From: an uncultured beta proteobacterium
GTDB taxonomy: Bacteria > Pseudomonadota > Gammaproteobacteria > Burkholderiales > SG8-41
Direction of reading: 5' to 3'
Length of the DNA: 64,000 nucleotides
Assembly (NCBI GenBank): GCA_963699525.1
Contig: CAVOUI010000012.1
Location: forward strand, 47,839-111,838
A program made the position numbers and the translations under genes. Each line of letters begins with the position of its first letter. Position 1 is the stretch's first letter. The notes beneath the pieces were generated by a model. It made no database searches. It was not told the DNA's origin and saw only the letters and a list, made by a program, of their open reading frames with translations. This document shows, in pieces, positions 37,848 to 48,291 of this stretch.

Positions 37848-38955
37848 ATGGCATCAACGGATCGTTTGCGCGTGGGGTTGATCGGGGCGGGCGGACGCTG
37901 GGGCCCGTGGGCGCACGTTCCGGCGCTGACGCAGCTGCCGGAGACCGAGCTTTTTGCCGTGTGCACCGCGCACGCGGACACCGCGCAGGCGGCGGCCGAC
38001 AAGTATGGCGTGAAGCGCGCCTATAGCGACGTCAGCAAGATGAGCGCCGACCCGCAGGTGGAGGCTGCGCTCGTCGCCGTGCGCGTGCCGGCGCACCTCG
38101 CTCTCACGAAGGCCGCTCTCGACGCGGGCAAGCATGTCTACTGCGAGTGGCCGCTCGGCGCGAACACGAAGGAGGCCGAGGACATGGCGGCGCTCGCGCG
38201 CCGGAAGAACCTGCGCACGATGGTCGGCCTGCAGCGGCGCGCATCGCCCGCGTACCTCTACATGCGCGAGCTCATCAAGGACGGATACGTCGGCGAGATG
38301 CTGTCGGTCAACATGACGATGATGAACAGCGGTGTGCTGACGCGCACCTCGGACCGCACGTGGCAGCGCGACGCAAAGCTCGGCGCAAATCCCCTGACCA
38401 TCACGTTCGGGCACGCGATCGACGCCGTGTGCATGGTCGCGGGGGAGCTCACGGAAGTCTCGGCCGTCGTCAGCACCCAGGCCAAGCAGTGGTTCGAGAC
38501 CGACACGAAGAAATACCGTCGACACCACCGCGCCCGACAACATCCTGATCCAGGGCCGGCTCGAAAACGGGGCCGTCATCAGCGCGAACGTGGGCGTCCA
38601 GCCCTATCACGGCAGCGGCTACCGGTTCGAGATCTACGGGAAAACGGGCACGCTCATGATGATCGGCGGCGGGGAAGCCGGGCAGGAGGCGAACCGCAGG
38701 ATCGTCGGCGGCCACAAGGACGACAAGGAGCTGAAGGAGCTGCCGGTGCCGGACCGGCTCAAGTGGGTGCCGGAAGCGGTGCGGAAGGAGGGCCGTGCCT
38801 ACGACGTCGGCCAGATGTGGGTCAATTTTTCAAAAGCGATCCGCACCGGCAAGGGCGTCGAACCCGACTTCGACCACGCGGTGCGCCGCCACCGGATGCT
38901 CGATGCTATCGTGCGCGCGTCCGAGACGGGGCAGCGGCAGAAGGTCGTGCTCTAG
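37848..38955 (+). pseudogene. Gfo/Idh/MocA-family oxidoreductase, frameshift at ~38515
   Basis: N-terminus VGLIGAGGRWG...EWPL; the C-terminus continues in the 38590-38955 frame; consistent with a 2-nt loss in aagaag. Confidence 0.65.
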
Positions 38956-38961
38956 AGGACG

Positions 38962-39414
38962 TCAGCGCGGAAGCTTAAGGCGCCACGCTGCAGCGTCCAG
39001 TGCCCGCGCCGCGTCGCGCAGCGAGTCGGCGAGCCCGCGGCACGCGCGTGCCAACACGCGTTGGAGGCGTCCGCGTGCAGTCACGACGGAATCGAGCAGC
39101 CGCTCGAATTGTTCCGCGGCCTCGAACAACCTCGCGTAGCGCCACTGGACCTGCGGCGGAAGGGAAGCGGCTGCAGTCTTCCAGAACGATTGGGCCATGG
39201 GACGCTCCTCTGCTGGTGATACCTTGGACGCCGTCGCGCGCGGACGAGCACGAGCACTGGTTTCCAGCGGCAAGCCTCGCGCAATCAACTCGGCAAGCCC
39301 CCGGACGGCGTCATGGAACAGGCGAGCAATGGCCTCCGCGCGGTCGCGGCGCGCGGCGCGCACGAGAGCATCGATCTCCTCGCGCGTCGGATAGCGGTAA
39401 TGTTCGATAGTCAT
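38962..39414 (-). CDS. Hypothetical protein (150 aa)
   Basis: ATG at 39414; helical and Arg-rich. Confidence 0.4.
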   Translation of the reverse strand: MTIEHYRYPTREEIDALVRAARRDRAEAIARLFHDAVRGLAELIARGLPLETSARARPRATASKVSPAEERPMAQSFWKTAAASLPPQVQWRYARLFEAAEQFERLLDSVVTARGRLQRVLARACRGLADSLRDAARALDAAAWRLKLPR

Positions 39415-39642
39415 GAATTCAGATTTCCTTCGCTGATTGTCTGACGGAATGATAAGCCGCGAGTTCCGCATTCACACGCGACAATATGTATCGCCACGCG
39501 CGAGCAGGATTCACGCGTCGCCGCCGGGCGACGCACCGGCCCGGCGCGGCGATTGCACCAGCGGTGCACCGGGCGCACCAACACGGATCCGCGTCGCGCG
39601 CTTTTAACGCTTCTTTCATCAATGTGAAATAATCCGGCGGAC

Positions 39643-40746
39643 ATGACACTGAAGCGTCCCAAGGGCCCCGCAGGCACGCTGATCGTGCTCGAGCACGAGT
39701 CGAAAGTTCTCAAGGGCAATCCGCTCGGCGATCCCCACGTGCGCAAGCTCGCGGTGTGGCTGCCGCCGCAATACGACGGCGCGCGCGGGCGCCGCTTCCC
39801 GGCGCTGTACGATCTCGTCGGCTTCACGGGCTCGGGCCTCTCGCACGTGAACTGGAAGCCATTCGGCGACAACGTCCCGGAGCGCGCGGCGCGGTTGATC
39901 CGCGAGGGAAAGATGGGTCCGGCCATCATCGTCTTTCCCGATTGCTTCACCGCGCTCGGCGGCAACCAGTACGTGAACTCGTCCGCGATCGGCGACTATG
40001 CCGACTACCTCACGCGCGAGATCATCCCCTGCGTGGACCGCGAGTTCCGCACGCTCGCGCACCGCGATCACCGCGGCTGCTTCGGAAAATCCTCCGGCGG
40101 CTACGGCGCGATCCTCCATGGCATGAAGTACGCGCAATACTGGGGCGCCATCGCGGATCACTCGGGCGATGCCTATTTCGATTTCGTCTACTGGACCGAC
40201 TGGCCGAACACGCTGAACGAGCTCGCCAAGCACCGCTCGCCGAAGCGGAGGGCCGGCCGCTACGACGCGCGCCGGGAGGCGGGGCGCCGGGGCCTCGCGC
40301 AGGGACGGGATGACGGGCGCATCCGCCGCTTCCTCGAGCACGTGTGGAAGAAGGAGAAGCTCTCGACCGCGGAGGGCCACTGCATCATGAATCTCTGCAT
40401 GGCGGCAACCTACGACCCGGACCCGCGGGCGCCGCTCGGCTTCCGCGTGCCGGTGAACCTCGAGACCGGCGAGGCGATCTGGGAGCGCTGGAAGCAATGG
40501 CACCGCCACGACCCGATCCACCTCGTCGCGAAGCACCGCGCGAGCCTCAAGTCATTGCGCGGCATCTACATCGACTGCGGCTGGCGCGACCAGTACCACA
40601 TCCACTTCGGCTCGCGCATCCTGTCGCAGCGCCTCGCGGAAGCCGGCATCCGCCACACCTACGAGGAGTTCGACGACAACCACTCCGACATCGACTACCG
40701 GATGGACGTGAGCCTGCCGTTCCTCTACCGAGCCTTGCGACCCTGA
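39643..40746 (+). CDS. Esterase-family alpha/beta hydrolase
   Basis: GKSSGG nucleophile elbow; 367 aa. Confidence 0.7.
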   Translation: MTLKRPKGPAGTLIVLEHESKVLKGNPLGDPHVRKLAVWLPPQYDGARGRRFPALYDLVGFTGSGLSHVNWKPFGDNVPERAARLIREGKMGPAIIVFPDCFTALGGNQYVNSSAIGDYADYLTREIIPCVDREFRTLAHRDHRGCFGKSSGGYGAILHGMKYAQYWGAIADHSGDAYFDFVYWTDWPNTLNELAKHRSPKRRAGRYDARREAGRRGLAQGRDDGRIRRFLEHVWKKEKLSTAEGHCIMNLCMAATYDPDPRAPLGFRVPVNLETGEAIWERWKQWHRHDPIHLVAKHRASLKSLRGIYIDCGWRDQYHIHFGSRILSQRLAEAGIRHTYEEFDDNHSDIDYRMDVSLPFLYRALRP

Positions 40747-40760
40747 AAGGGAGTGCCATC

Positions 40761-41726
40761 GTGAAAAACAACGCGCGAATCATCCTGTTTGGAGCTTGCT
40801 TCCTGTGCGCCGCGCCGGGCTGGGCGCAGAGCTACCCGGCGAAGCCGGTGCGCATCATCGTGGGATTCTCCGCCGGCAGCACCACCGATCTCATCGGGCG
40901 CGTGCTGGCGGCGAAGCTGGGCGACAGCCTCGGGCAGCCGGCGGTGGTGGACAACCGCCCCGGCGCGGGCGCGAACATTGCGGCGGAGCTGGTCTCGAAA
41001 GCGCCTCCCGACGGCTACACCGTGCTGCTCGCGAATGCCGGCATTGCGACCGGCGCGACGGCCTACGTCAAGCTCAACTTCAACGCGCTGCGCGATTTCG
41101 CGCCGGTCACGCAGGTGAGCGCGACCCCGCACATCCTGGTGACGCATCCCTCGCTGCCGCCCAGGACGGTGAAGGAACTGATCGTGTTCACGCGGGCGCG
41201 CCCGGGAGAGCTGAACTTCGCCTCCACCGGCCACGGCAATTCCGACCATCTCGCGGCGGAGCTGTTCTCGTACATGACCACGCTCAAGATGGTGCACATC
41301 ACCTACAAGGGCGGGCCGCTGGCGATCAACGATTTGCTCACCGGCCAGATCGCACTGTATTTCGCCGGCGTGCCGGTGGCGCTGCCGTTCGTCCAGTCCG
41401 GCCGCCTCCGGGCGCTGGGGGTGACGGGCGCGAAGCGCGCGAGCGTGCTGCCCGACGTGCCCACGATCGCGGAGGCCGGCGTTCCCGGCTACGAGCACAT
41501 CCTGTGGGGCATGCTGCTCGTCCCCGCCGCCACGCCGAAGGAGGTCGTCTCCCGGCTGAACGGCGCGGCCGTCAAGTCGCTCGAAGCCGCCGATGTTCGC
41601 GAGCGCTACGCTGGGATGGGGGTCGAGCCGGCCCCGTCCACGCCGGAGCGGGCGGCGGCGTATCTCAAGAGCGAGACGGACAAGTACGCCAAGGTGGTGA
41701 AGGCGATCGGGCTCAGAATCGAGTAG
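40761..41726 (+). CDS. tctC: TctC-family substrate-binding protein
   Basis: GTG start, signal peptide, IIVGFSAGSTTD. Confidence 0.85.
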   Translation: MKNNARIILFGACFLCAAPGWAQSYPAKPVRIIVGFSAGSTTDLIGRVLAAKLGDSLGQPAVVDNRPGAGANIAAELVSKAPPDGYTVLLANAGIATGATAYVKLNFNALRDFAPVTQVSATPHILVTHPSLPPRTVKELIVFTRARPGELNFASTGHGNSDHLAAELFSYMTTLKMVHITYKGGPLAINDLLTGQIALYFAGVPVALPFVQSGRLRALGVTGAKRASVLPDVPTIAEAGVPGYEHILWGMLLVPAATPKEVVSRLNGAAVKSLEAADVRERYAGMGVEPAPSTPERAAAYLKSETDKYAKVVKAIGLRIE

Positions 41727-41758
41727 GGGTGGCCTTGGGACAGACCAGTAAGGATGTG

Positions 41759-42589
41759 ATGGTGCAGCCGGACTGGCTGTGGCCCGGCAAGAAGCGCATC
41801 GCTGTCGTCTTCAATGTCTGCCTGGAAGCGTGGTCGGACGGGAAGGCGCCGGGCATCAGCCCCATGGGCAATCCACTGCCGCCCGGCGTCCTCGACAATA
41901 TGGCGATCTCGTGGGCGGCCTACGGCGCGAAGCGCGGCATCTATCGCCTGCTCGAAGCGTTCGCGCGCCACCGTGCGAAGGCGAGCGTGATGGTGAGCGC
42001 GATACTCGCCGAGCGCGCGCCGGAAGCCGTCAGGGCCGTGGGCGACGCGGGGCACGAGGTGCTGTCGCACTCCTATGCCATGGACGTCATTCCGGCACTG
42101 ATGACGGAGGACGAGGAGCGCAGGAACCTCCAGCGCTGCACGTCGCTGCTGGAGAAGGCCTCGGGCAAGCGCGTCCGGGGCTGGATCAGCCCGCGCGCGA
42201 CTCCGAGCGCCCATACGCCGCGGCTGCTCGCGGAGGCCGGCTACGCGTGGTACGGCGACGTGCTGGACGACGATCTGCCCTACGTCCAGACTTTCGGCGG
42301 GCGGCGAATCGTGGCGATCCCGCTTTCGACCGACGTCAACGACATGCCGTCGATGAAGTACGGGAACCCGCCGCGCATGATGCTCGAGTCGTTCGAGGAG
42401 CAGCTCGCGAGAATCAAGGCGCGCCGCGAGGGCCCGGTCGTCATCGACGTGACCTCGCACGCGCACATCTTCGGCCGCCCGCACGGCGCGCATTACTACG
42501 AGAAGATCATCCAGAAGGCGGTGAGGAATCGCGACATCTGGGTCGCGACGCGGCTCGATATCGCGGAGTTCGTTCTCGCGCGCCAGTAG
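41759..42589 (+). CDS. Polysaccharide deacetylase-family protein
   Basis: 276 aa; NodB-like core. Confidence 0.65.
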   Translation: MVQPDWLWPGKKRIAVVFNVCLEAWSDGKAPGISPMGNPLPPGVLDNMAISWAAYGAKRGIYRLLEAFARHRAKASVMVSAILAERAPEAVRAVGDAGHEVLSHSYAMDVIPALMTEDEERRNLQRCTSLLEKASGKRVRGWISPRATPSAHTPRLLAEAGYAWYGDVLDDDLPYVQTFGGRRIVAIPLSTDVNDMPSMKYGNPPRMMLESFEEQLARIKARREGPVVIDVTSHAHIFGRPHGAHYYEKIIQKAVRNRDIWVATRLDIAEFVLARQ

Positions 42590-42605
42590 CCCAAGGGAGG
42601 AGCAC

Positions 42606-43592
42606 ATGGACCAGCCAGGCAGGATCGAGTACCGGGTCGTCGAGGGGTGGGAGCAGTTGCCCAAGGGCTACGCGCATCGCGACGTGGCGGGGGTCGCGGT
42701 GGATGGGGAGGACCGCGTCTACCTGATCTGCCGCGGCGACCATCCCGTCATCGTCTACGATCGCAAAGGGAAATTCCTCCGTTCGTGGGGCGAGGGCGAT
42801 TTCAGCTACCGCACGCACGGCATCTATGTCGCGCCCAACGGCACGCTGTTCTGCACCGACGACGGCCAGCACACCGTTCGCCAGTTCACGCCCGAGGGAA
42901 GGTTGCTGATGACGCTCGGCACGAAGAACACGCCGTCCGACACCGGCTACAACGGCAAGGACCTCGGCACGATCAAGCGCGGCGCCGGGCCCTTCAACCG
43001 GCCGACCAACGTCGCGATCGGTCCCAAGGGCGACATCTATATTTCCGACGGATATGGCAACGCCCGCGTCCACGTGTTCTCGCCCACCGGCCAGTTGAAG
43101 CGCTCGTGGGGCGAGCCCGGCGGCGGCCCCGGCCAGTTTCACTTGCCGCACGGCATCGCGTGCTCGGCCGACGGGCGCGTGTGGGTCTGCGACCGGGAAG
43201 CCGACCGCATCCAGATTTTCAGCCCGGATGGCGAGTACCTGAGCGAGTGGAAGGACACGCAGCGCCCGACGCACCTCACCTTTGACTTGCAGGGGCGCGT
43301 CTACGTGACCGAACTCGCGTGGCACGAGGGCGACCATTCGTACAGCCTTGGCGACATCAAGAAGTTCCGTCAGGCCCGGATGAGCGTCTTCGACAAGACC
43401 GGGAAAGTCCTCGCCCGCTGGGGCACGCCCCAGGTCACGGCTCCCGGAAGCTTCGCGGCGCCGCACGGGCTCGCGCTCGACTCGCGGGGGGACCTCTACG
43501 TGAGCGAAGTGACGTGGACTTTCGCGGTCAGCCGCGGCCGCGCGCCCGCGGATTGCCACACGTTCCAGAAGTTCTCGCTCAAGGCCGCGTGA
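42606..43592 (+). CDS. NHL-repeat beta-propeller protein
   Basis: Six NHL-like blades. Confidence 0.75.
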   Translation: MDQPGRIEYRVVEGWEQLPKGYAHRDVAGVAVDGEDRVYLICRGDHPVIVYDRKGKFLRSWGEGDFSYRTHGIYVAPNGTLFCTDDGQHTVRQFTPEGRLLMTLGTKNTPSDTGYNGKDLGTIKRGAGPFNRPTNVAIGPKGDIYISDGYGNARVHVFSPTGQLKRSWGEPGGGPGQFHLPHGIACSADGRVWVCDREADRIQIFSPDGEYLSEWKDTQRPTHLTFDLQGRVYVTELAWHEGDHSYSLGDIKKFRQARMSVFDKTGKVLARWGTPQVTAPGSFAAPHGLALDSRGDLYVSEVTWTFAVSRGRAPADCHTFQKFSLKAA

Positions 43593-43621
43593 GCGGCCCG
43601 GACCGATCGGGGGAACGCATC

Positions 43622-44584
43622 ATGAGACGGGAAATTGGAACGCTGCTCGTCGCGCTTGCCTGCGCCATTCCCGCGTGCCGCGCTTTGGCCGAGTATCCGG
43701 AGCGGCCGATCCGGTTTCTCGTCGGTGTCGTTCCGGGTGGGGCGACGGATATCCTGGCCCGTACGCTTGGTCCGAGGCTTTCCGAGCGGCTGCGCCAGCA
43801 GGTCGTCGTGGACAATCGCCCCGGCGCCAATCAGACCCTCGCGGCGGAGATGACCGCGCGCGCGGCGCCCGACGGGCACACCATCATCATCGTCCCCTCG
43901 GGATACGCGATCAACCCATCCATCTACCGGCTGCGCTTCGACCCGCTCAAGGACCTGTCCGCCATCGGGCTGGTGGCGATGGTGCCGAACGTGCTGGTCG
44001 TCCATCCCTCGGTGCCGGCGCGATCGGTCAAGGATTTCGTCGCGCTCGCCCGCGCCAAGCCCGGCGAGTTCAATTTCGGCTCCTCTGGCGTGGGCTCTCC
44101 CAGCCACCTGGCCGGTGAGCTGTTCCAGATGCAAACCCAGGTCAAGCTCACTCACGTTCCGTACAAGGGGCAGGGCCAGGCGATGATCGACCTGCTGGGC
44201 GGGCACCTGAAGCTTGCCTTTCCCTCGATCCCGGCTTCGATCGCCCACATCAAGGCCGGCAGGATGATCGCATTGGGGGTCACGCCGCAGCAGCGCTCGT
44301 CCGCGCTGCCCGACGTGCCGACGCTCGATCAGGCCGGGGTTCCCGGTTACGAGGTGAGCGGCTGGTATGGCGTGCTCGGGCCGGCCCGGATGCCGAAGCC
44401 CGTCGTCGCCCGATTGAACGGCGAGTTCAGGACGATGCTGGCCGATCCGGTGATGCGCGAGATGCTGTCGCGTGAAGGAGCCGATCCGCTGTCGAGCTCG
44501 CCGGAGGAATTCGCCAAAGTCATCGCCATCGACATCGTCAAGTGGGCTAAGGTAGTCAAGGCGATCGGCGTCAAGCTCGAGTGA
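43622..44584 (+). CDS. tctC: TctC-family substrate-binding protein
   Basis: Signal peptide, FLVGVVPGGATD. Confidence 0.85.
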   Translation: MRREIGTLLVALACAIPACRALAEYPERPIRFLVGVVPGGATDILARTLGPRLSERLRQQVVVDNRPGANQTLAAEMTARAAPDGHTIIIVPSGYAINPSIYRLRFDPLKDLSAIGLVAMVPNVLVVHPSVPARSVKDFVALARAKPGEFNFGSSGVGSPSHLAGELFQMQTQVKLTHVPYKGQGQAMIDLLGGHLKLAFPSIPASIAHIKAGRMIALGVTPQQRSSALPDVPTLDQAGVPGYEVSGWYGVLGPARMPKPVVARLNGEFRTMLADPVMREMLSREGADPLSSSPEEFAKVIAIDIVKWAKVVKAIGVKLE

Positions 44585-45488
44585 CGACGGACTGCGCCCG
44601 GGGATGCGGCGGCCGGGAGAGCGCATCGGGCGCCTCGAACGGCCGGTGCCCTTCCACCTGCGCCGCGTAGAGGACGCGCCGGCTGCCCGGGTCGAAAGGT
44701 TCGCGCCGGTGCAGCGTCGCGCGATTGTCCCAGACCACCACGTCGCCTGGCACCCAGCGGTGCTCGTACCAGAAGCGCGGCTGCGTGCAGTGCGCCCACA
44801 GCTCGTTCAGCAGCGCCTCGGATTCCTCGAGCGGCAAGCCGTTGACGTACGAGCCGTGACGCCGGCCGAGGAAGATCATGTTGTGGCCGGTCTCGGGATG
44901 CGTGGAGATGATCGGATGGCTCGGTCCGGGCACGGAGCGGATGTCCATGTCGGGCGACATGCCCGGGCGGATCTTCATCGCCGTGTCCACGATATCGGCC
45001 TGCTTGATGGTCAGGCCCGATACGCGCCGCTTCATGGCCTCCGGGAGCGCGTCGTAGGCGGCGTAGCAGTTGAGGAAGAAGGTGTTGCCGCCCAGCTCCC
45101 GCGGCGGCAGCTCCATGGCGACCAGCATGCGCGCCGCGGTCGGCCGCTCCTTGAACGAGAAGTCGGAGTGCCACACGACCTCGCCGTCGCCGAGTATGCC
45201 GACGGGCTTCCCGTCCTGCTTCACGTTGGAGACGACCGTGACCTCGGGCGGGAGGTTGAGCAGCAGGGTGCCGGCGCGCTCGTCGAGGCTGCGCTGGTGC
45301 AGTTTCCCTGACGTGACCGGCGTGCCGAAATGGCGCACCAGCCGCACGAGATCCTCCGCCGCCAGCGACTGGCCTCGGAACACCAGCAGGACGTTCTCGA
45401 GCCAGGCCGCGTGAAGCCGCTTGAACGTCGGCTCGTCCAGCTCGCGCAGGTCGAGGCCATAGACCTCCGCGCCGAGCGCGGCCTTCAT
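44571..45488 (-). CDS. TauD/TfdA-family Fe(II)/2-oxoglutarate dioxygenase
   Basis: HSD...H facial triad context. Confidence 0.8.
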   Translation of the reverse strand: MKAALGAEVYGLDLRELDEPTFKRLHAAWLENVLLVFRGQSLAAEDLVRLVRHFGTPVTSGKLHQRSLDERAGTLLLNLPPEVTVVSNVKQDGKPVGILGDGEVVWHSDFSFKERPTAARMLVAMELPPRELGGNTFFLNCYAAYDALPEAMKRRVSGLTIKQADIVDTAMKIRPGMSPDMDIRSVPGPSHPIISTHPETGHNMIFLGRRHGSYVNGLPLEESEALLNELWAHCTQPRFWYEHRWVPGDVVVWDNRATLHRREPFDPGSRRVLYAAQVEGHRPFEAPDALSRPPHPRAQSVVTRA

Positions 45489-45543
45489 CGGTATGACTCG
45501 AAATCCCGTCCGTGCTGTGTGGGTCGCCGTCACTGGAGCGCTC

Positions 45544-46434
45544 TTACCGGTCAAGGTTGCGGGTGACGTCGTCGAAGAGTTCATCCACCTTGAAGCGTCT
45601 CGGAATGAGGCGCTGCTGGTGGACGTAGTCGATCGCGACTTCGAGGTTGCGCCGGTTCGCTTCCAGGCCGAAGGGCGTCATGTCGAGCTCGCCCGGGGCG
45701 GGCGCCGGCGCGCGGCGCTTGGCTTCGCGCAGCAGCCGGTAGACTTCGCGCACGGCGTCCGGGTCGGATTGCGACAGCGTTTGCCGGACGACCACCATGT
45801 GGTTGATCTGGATCGCGCGGTTCTTCACGTGCCACTCGTGCGCCGCCTTGTCCGGATCGGGAATGAGCCGCTTCAGACGCGGATCCTCGAGCTTGGTGTC
45901 CCGCATCACCGCGGCATCCACTTCGCCGTCGAGCAGCATCTTGAGGAGCTCTTTACCCTCAGACGCGCGCTCGACCGTCGGCGGGTCCTTGAATTCCGCC
46001 ACGTGCGGCTCCTCGAACGTCACCCAGCGCACGGAGTCGATGTTCACTCCGAAATCGTTGGCGAGGATGCCGCGCAGCCACATGCTGGTCGTAACCGAGT
46101 AGGAGCGGATTCCGACGCGCCGCCCGTTCAGGTCCCGCGGTCGCAGCTCGCCGCGTGCCGAGTTGTAGACGAGGAACGGGTGCTGGAACCGGCCGAGCAC
46201 CACTGCCGGCAGCAGCACGTACGGCTTCCCGTGCGCCTTCGCCATCAGGTAGGTGACAATCGCAAGCTCCGAGACGTCGAACTCGAGATTGCGGACGGTG
46301 CGCTTGAACGCGCTCGCGACCTGCGGGACGTCGGCGAAATCGAAGGCGACGCGAGCCAAGGTCAGCTCGCCCCGCCGCAGCGCGCGCGTGGTGGGGTAAT
46401 CCCCCAGCAGTGTTTTCAGTAGTCTCAAGCCCAT
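45544..46434 (-). CDS. NMT1/THI5-like (SsuA/TauA-fold) protein without a signal peptide
   Basis: 296 aa; periplasmic-binding-protein type II fold signature. Confidence 0.55.
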   Translation of the reverse strand: MGLRLLKTLLGDYPTTRALRRGELTLARVAFDFADVPQVASAFKRTVRNLEFDVSELAIVTYLMAKAHGKPYVLLPAVVLGRFQHPFLVYNSARGELRPRDLNGRRVGIRSYSVTTSMWLRGILANDFGVNIDSVRWVTFEEPHVAEFKDPPTVERASEGKELLKMLLDGEVDAAVMRDTKLEDPRLKRLIPDPDKAAHEWHVKNRAIQINHMVVVRQTLSQSDPDAVREVYRLLREAKRRAPAPAPGELDMTPFGLEANRRNLEVAIDYVHQQRLIPRRFKVDELFDDVTRNLDR

Positions 46435-46443
46435 CGGCTCTAG

Positions 46444-47407
46444 TCACTGGGGCGGGATGCCCGCCGTCTTGATCACCTTCGCCCACTTGGCGATTTCTGC
46501 TTCGAGATAACCGGCGAACTCGTCCGCGCCGCCTTGCGCGGGCTCGATCCCCAGGGCGAGCAGCCGCTCCTTCAGGTCCGGGGCCGCCAGCGCCTTCACG
46601 CTCTCGTCGCTCAATCGGATGATAACCGGCCGCGGCGCCGCCGCCGGCGCGAGCATCCCGTACCACGAGGTCGCATCGTAGCCGGGGAGCCCGGCTTCGG
46701 CCAGCGTCGGCACCTCGGGGAGGACCGCGCTGCGGCGCGTTCCCGAGACGGCGATCGCGCGCAAATCGTCCCTGCTGGAGCTGGGCCATCACGGCGGCAG
46801 GCGAACTGAACATCAGCGGCGCTTCGCCAGTCATGACCCCGATCAAGGCCTGGGAGCTGCCCTTGTACGGCACGTGGACCAGGTCCACTTTCGTCATCGA
46901 GACGAACAGCGCCATCCCGAGGTGCGTCATGCTGCCGACTCCCGCGCTGCCGTAGTTGAGCATTCCCGGGTTGCGCCGGGCGAGCGCGATCAGCTCCCTG
47001 GCCGATTTCATCGGCAGGGAAGGATGAGCGACCATGACCAGCGGGCCGTATCCCACCAGCGTTACGGCCGCGAGGTCCTTGCGCACGTCGAAACCGAGCT
47101 TGGCGAAGAGGGACGGCATCGCGACGGTCGCGTTTGCGAAGAGCAGCGTGTAGCCGTCGGGCGCGCTGCGGGCGACGGACTCGGAGGCCAGCGTGCTCGC
47201 CGCGCCGGGCCGGTTTTCGACGACGACCTGCTGCCCGAGCGGCCCCGAGAGCTTCTGCGCGAGCGCCCGGGCGGAGATGTCGGTCGCCCCGCCGGCGGTG
47301 AAGCCGACCACGAGGCGGACGGTGCGTGCCGGGTACGGCTGCGCGGCGCTCCCGCCGGAAAGGAGCAGGCTTCCCGCAAACGCGAGAGGTACCGCGACCG
47401 GCTTCAT
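46444..47407 (-). pseudogene. tctC: TctC-family substrate-binding protein, frameshift at ~46770
   Basis: N-terminal 210 aa in ORF 45959-47776; the C-terminus in ORF 46444-46764. Confidence 0.7.
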
Positions 47408-47505
47408 GTCCGCACCCGCCATAGGGAAGTACCCGCCTTGTAGGACGGGGATATTACCGGAACGGGCGCAGGTGACGAACCCGCGGATTCTGAAGGCGGA
47501 GTGAT

Positions 47506-48210
47506 TTACTTCGTCGTGCTGCGGCGTCCGGGCACCGGGAGCTTGCGCGGCTGCGCCGGCTTGAGGGGCCCCCAGACGCGGCTGTAGTAGGTGTCGGCGA
47601 GCTGCAGCGCGGCCACCGGGTTGTGGCCGAGCACGCGGTCCTTCGCGACCAGCACCGTCGTCAGCCCTTTCGCGTGCCGGAAGAACAGGCTGTCGTGGCC
47701 GATGCACAATCCCAGTACGACATTGAGTTCGCACCCGTGCTGGTTGAGCAGCTCGGCCTGGCACACCGGGTTGCACAGCGCCTCGAATTGCCCGGGACGG
47801 ACCTTTTCATGATCCGCAATGCCGAGATCCTCCTTCGGGATGCTGCCGGTCTTGCAGGCGGCCGACACCACCTCGAAGCCGTGGCTTTCCAGGATGCCGC
47901 TCAGCACGTAGGCGTGGTCGACGAAGCTGATGCAGTTGGCGATGCCGATCCTGCGGTAGCCCATGCGCTTCGCGAACTGGACGATTTCCTCGACCCGGGT
48001 CCACTTGCAGTAGCCCTCGGATTCCACGAGCGCGGATTCCCGCGAGATCTTGCGGATTTCCGGGTCGTCGTAGAGCGCAGCCGCGGCGGATTGGGTTTCG
48101 GGGTCGACCTTGGTCGGGCAGAACCCGGGTCCGCGCTCGGCATCCTCTCCCTGGCGGCAGGCCCGGACGGTCGGGGGACAGTACGCGCAAGCGGGGTCTT
48201 CGTATTTCAT
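47506..48210 (-). CDS. DUF1847 Cys-rich metal-binding protein
   Basis: GAGGAG Shine-Dalgarno; CAYCPP...C motifs. Confidence 0.7.
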   Translation of the reverse strand: MKYEDPACAYCPPTVRACRQGEDAERGPGFCPTKVDPETQSAAAALYDDPEIRKISRESALVESEGYCKWTRVEEIVQFAKRMGYRRIGIANCISFVDHAYVLSGILESHGFEVVSAACKTGSIPKEDLGIADHEKVRPGQFEALCNPVCQAELLNQHGCELNVVLGLCIGHDSLFFRHAKGLTTVLVAKDRVLGHNPVAALQLADTYYSRVWGPLKPAQPRKLPVPGRRSTTK

Positions 48211-48291
48211 GGTGGCTCCTCGCACTGCTGGTGCTGGGGCGAGAAACCACTATAAAGGCAACCCGGCGGCCGACGTTTGTCCTGGATCAAG

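Noticed and set aside
39475-39642. TGCACC-N3-GGTGCA palindromes upstream of the esterase
   Set aside because: Short palindromes are frequent in GC-rich intergenic DNA. There is no second occurrence to support an operator call.
39756-40313. 185-aa ORF inside the esterase gene
   Set aside because: Alternate-frame artefact. The esterase frame is continuous and contains GKSSGG, though its Arg-rich middle stretch (~40230-40330) could hide compensating indels.
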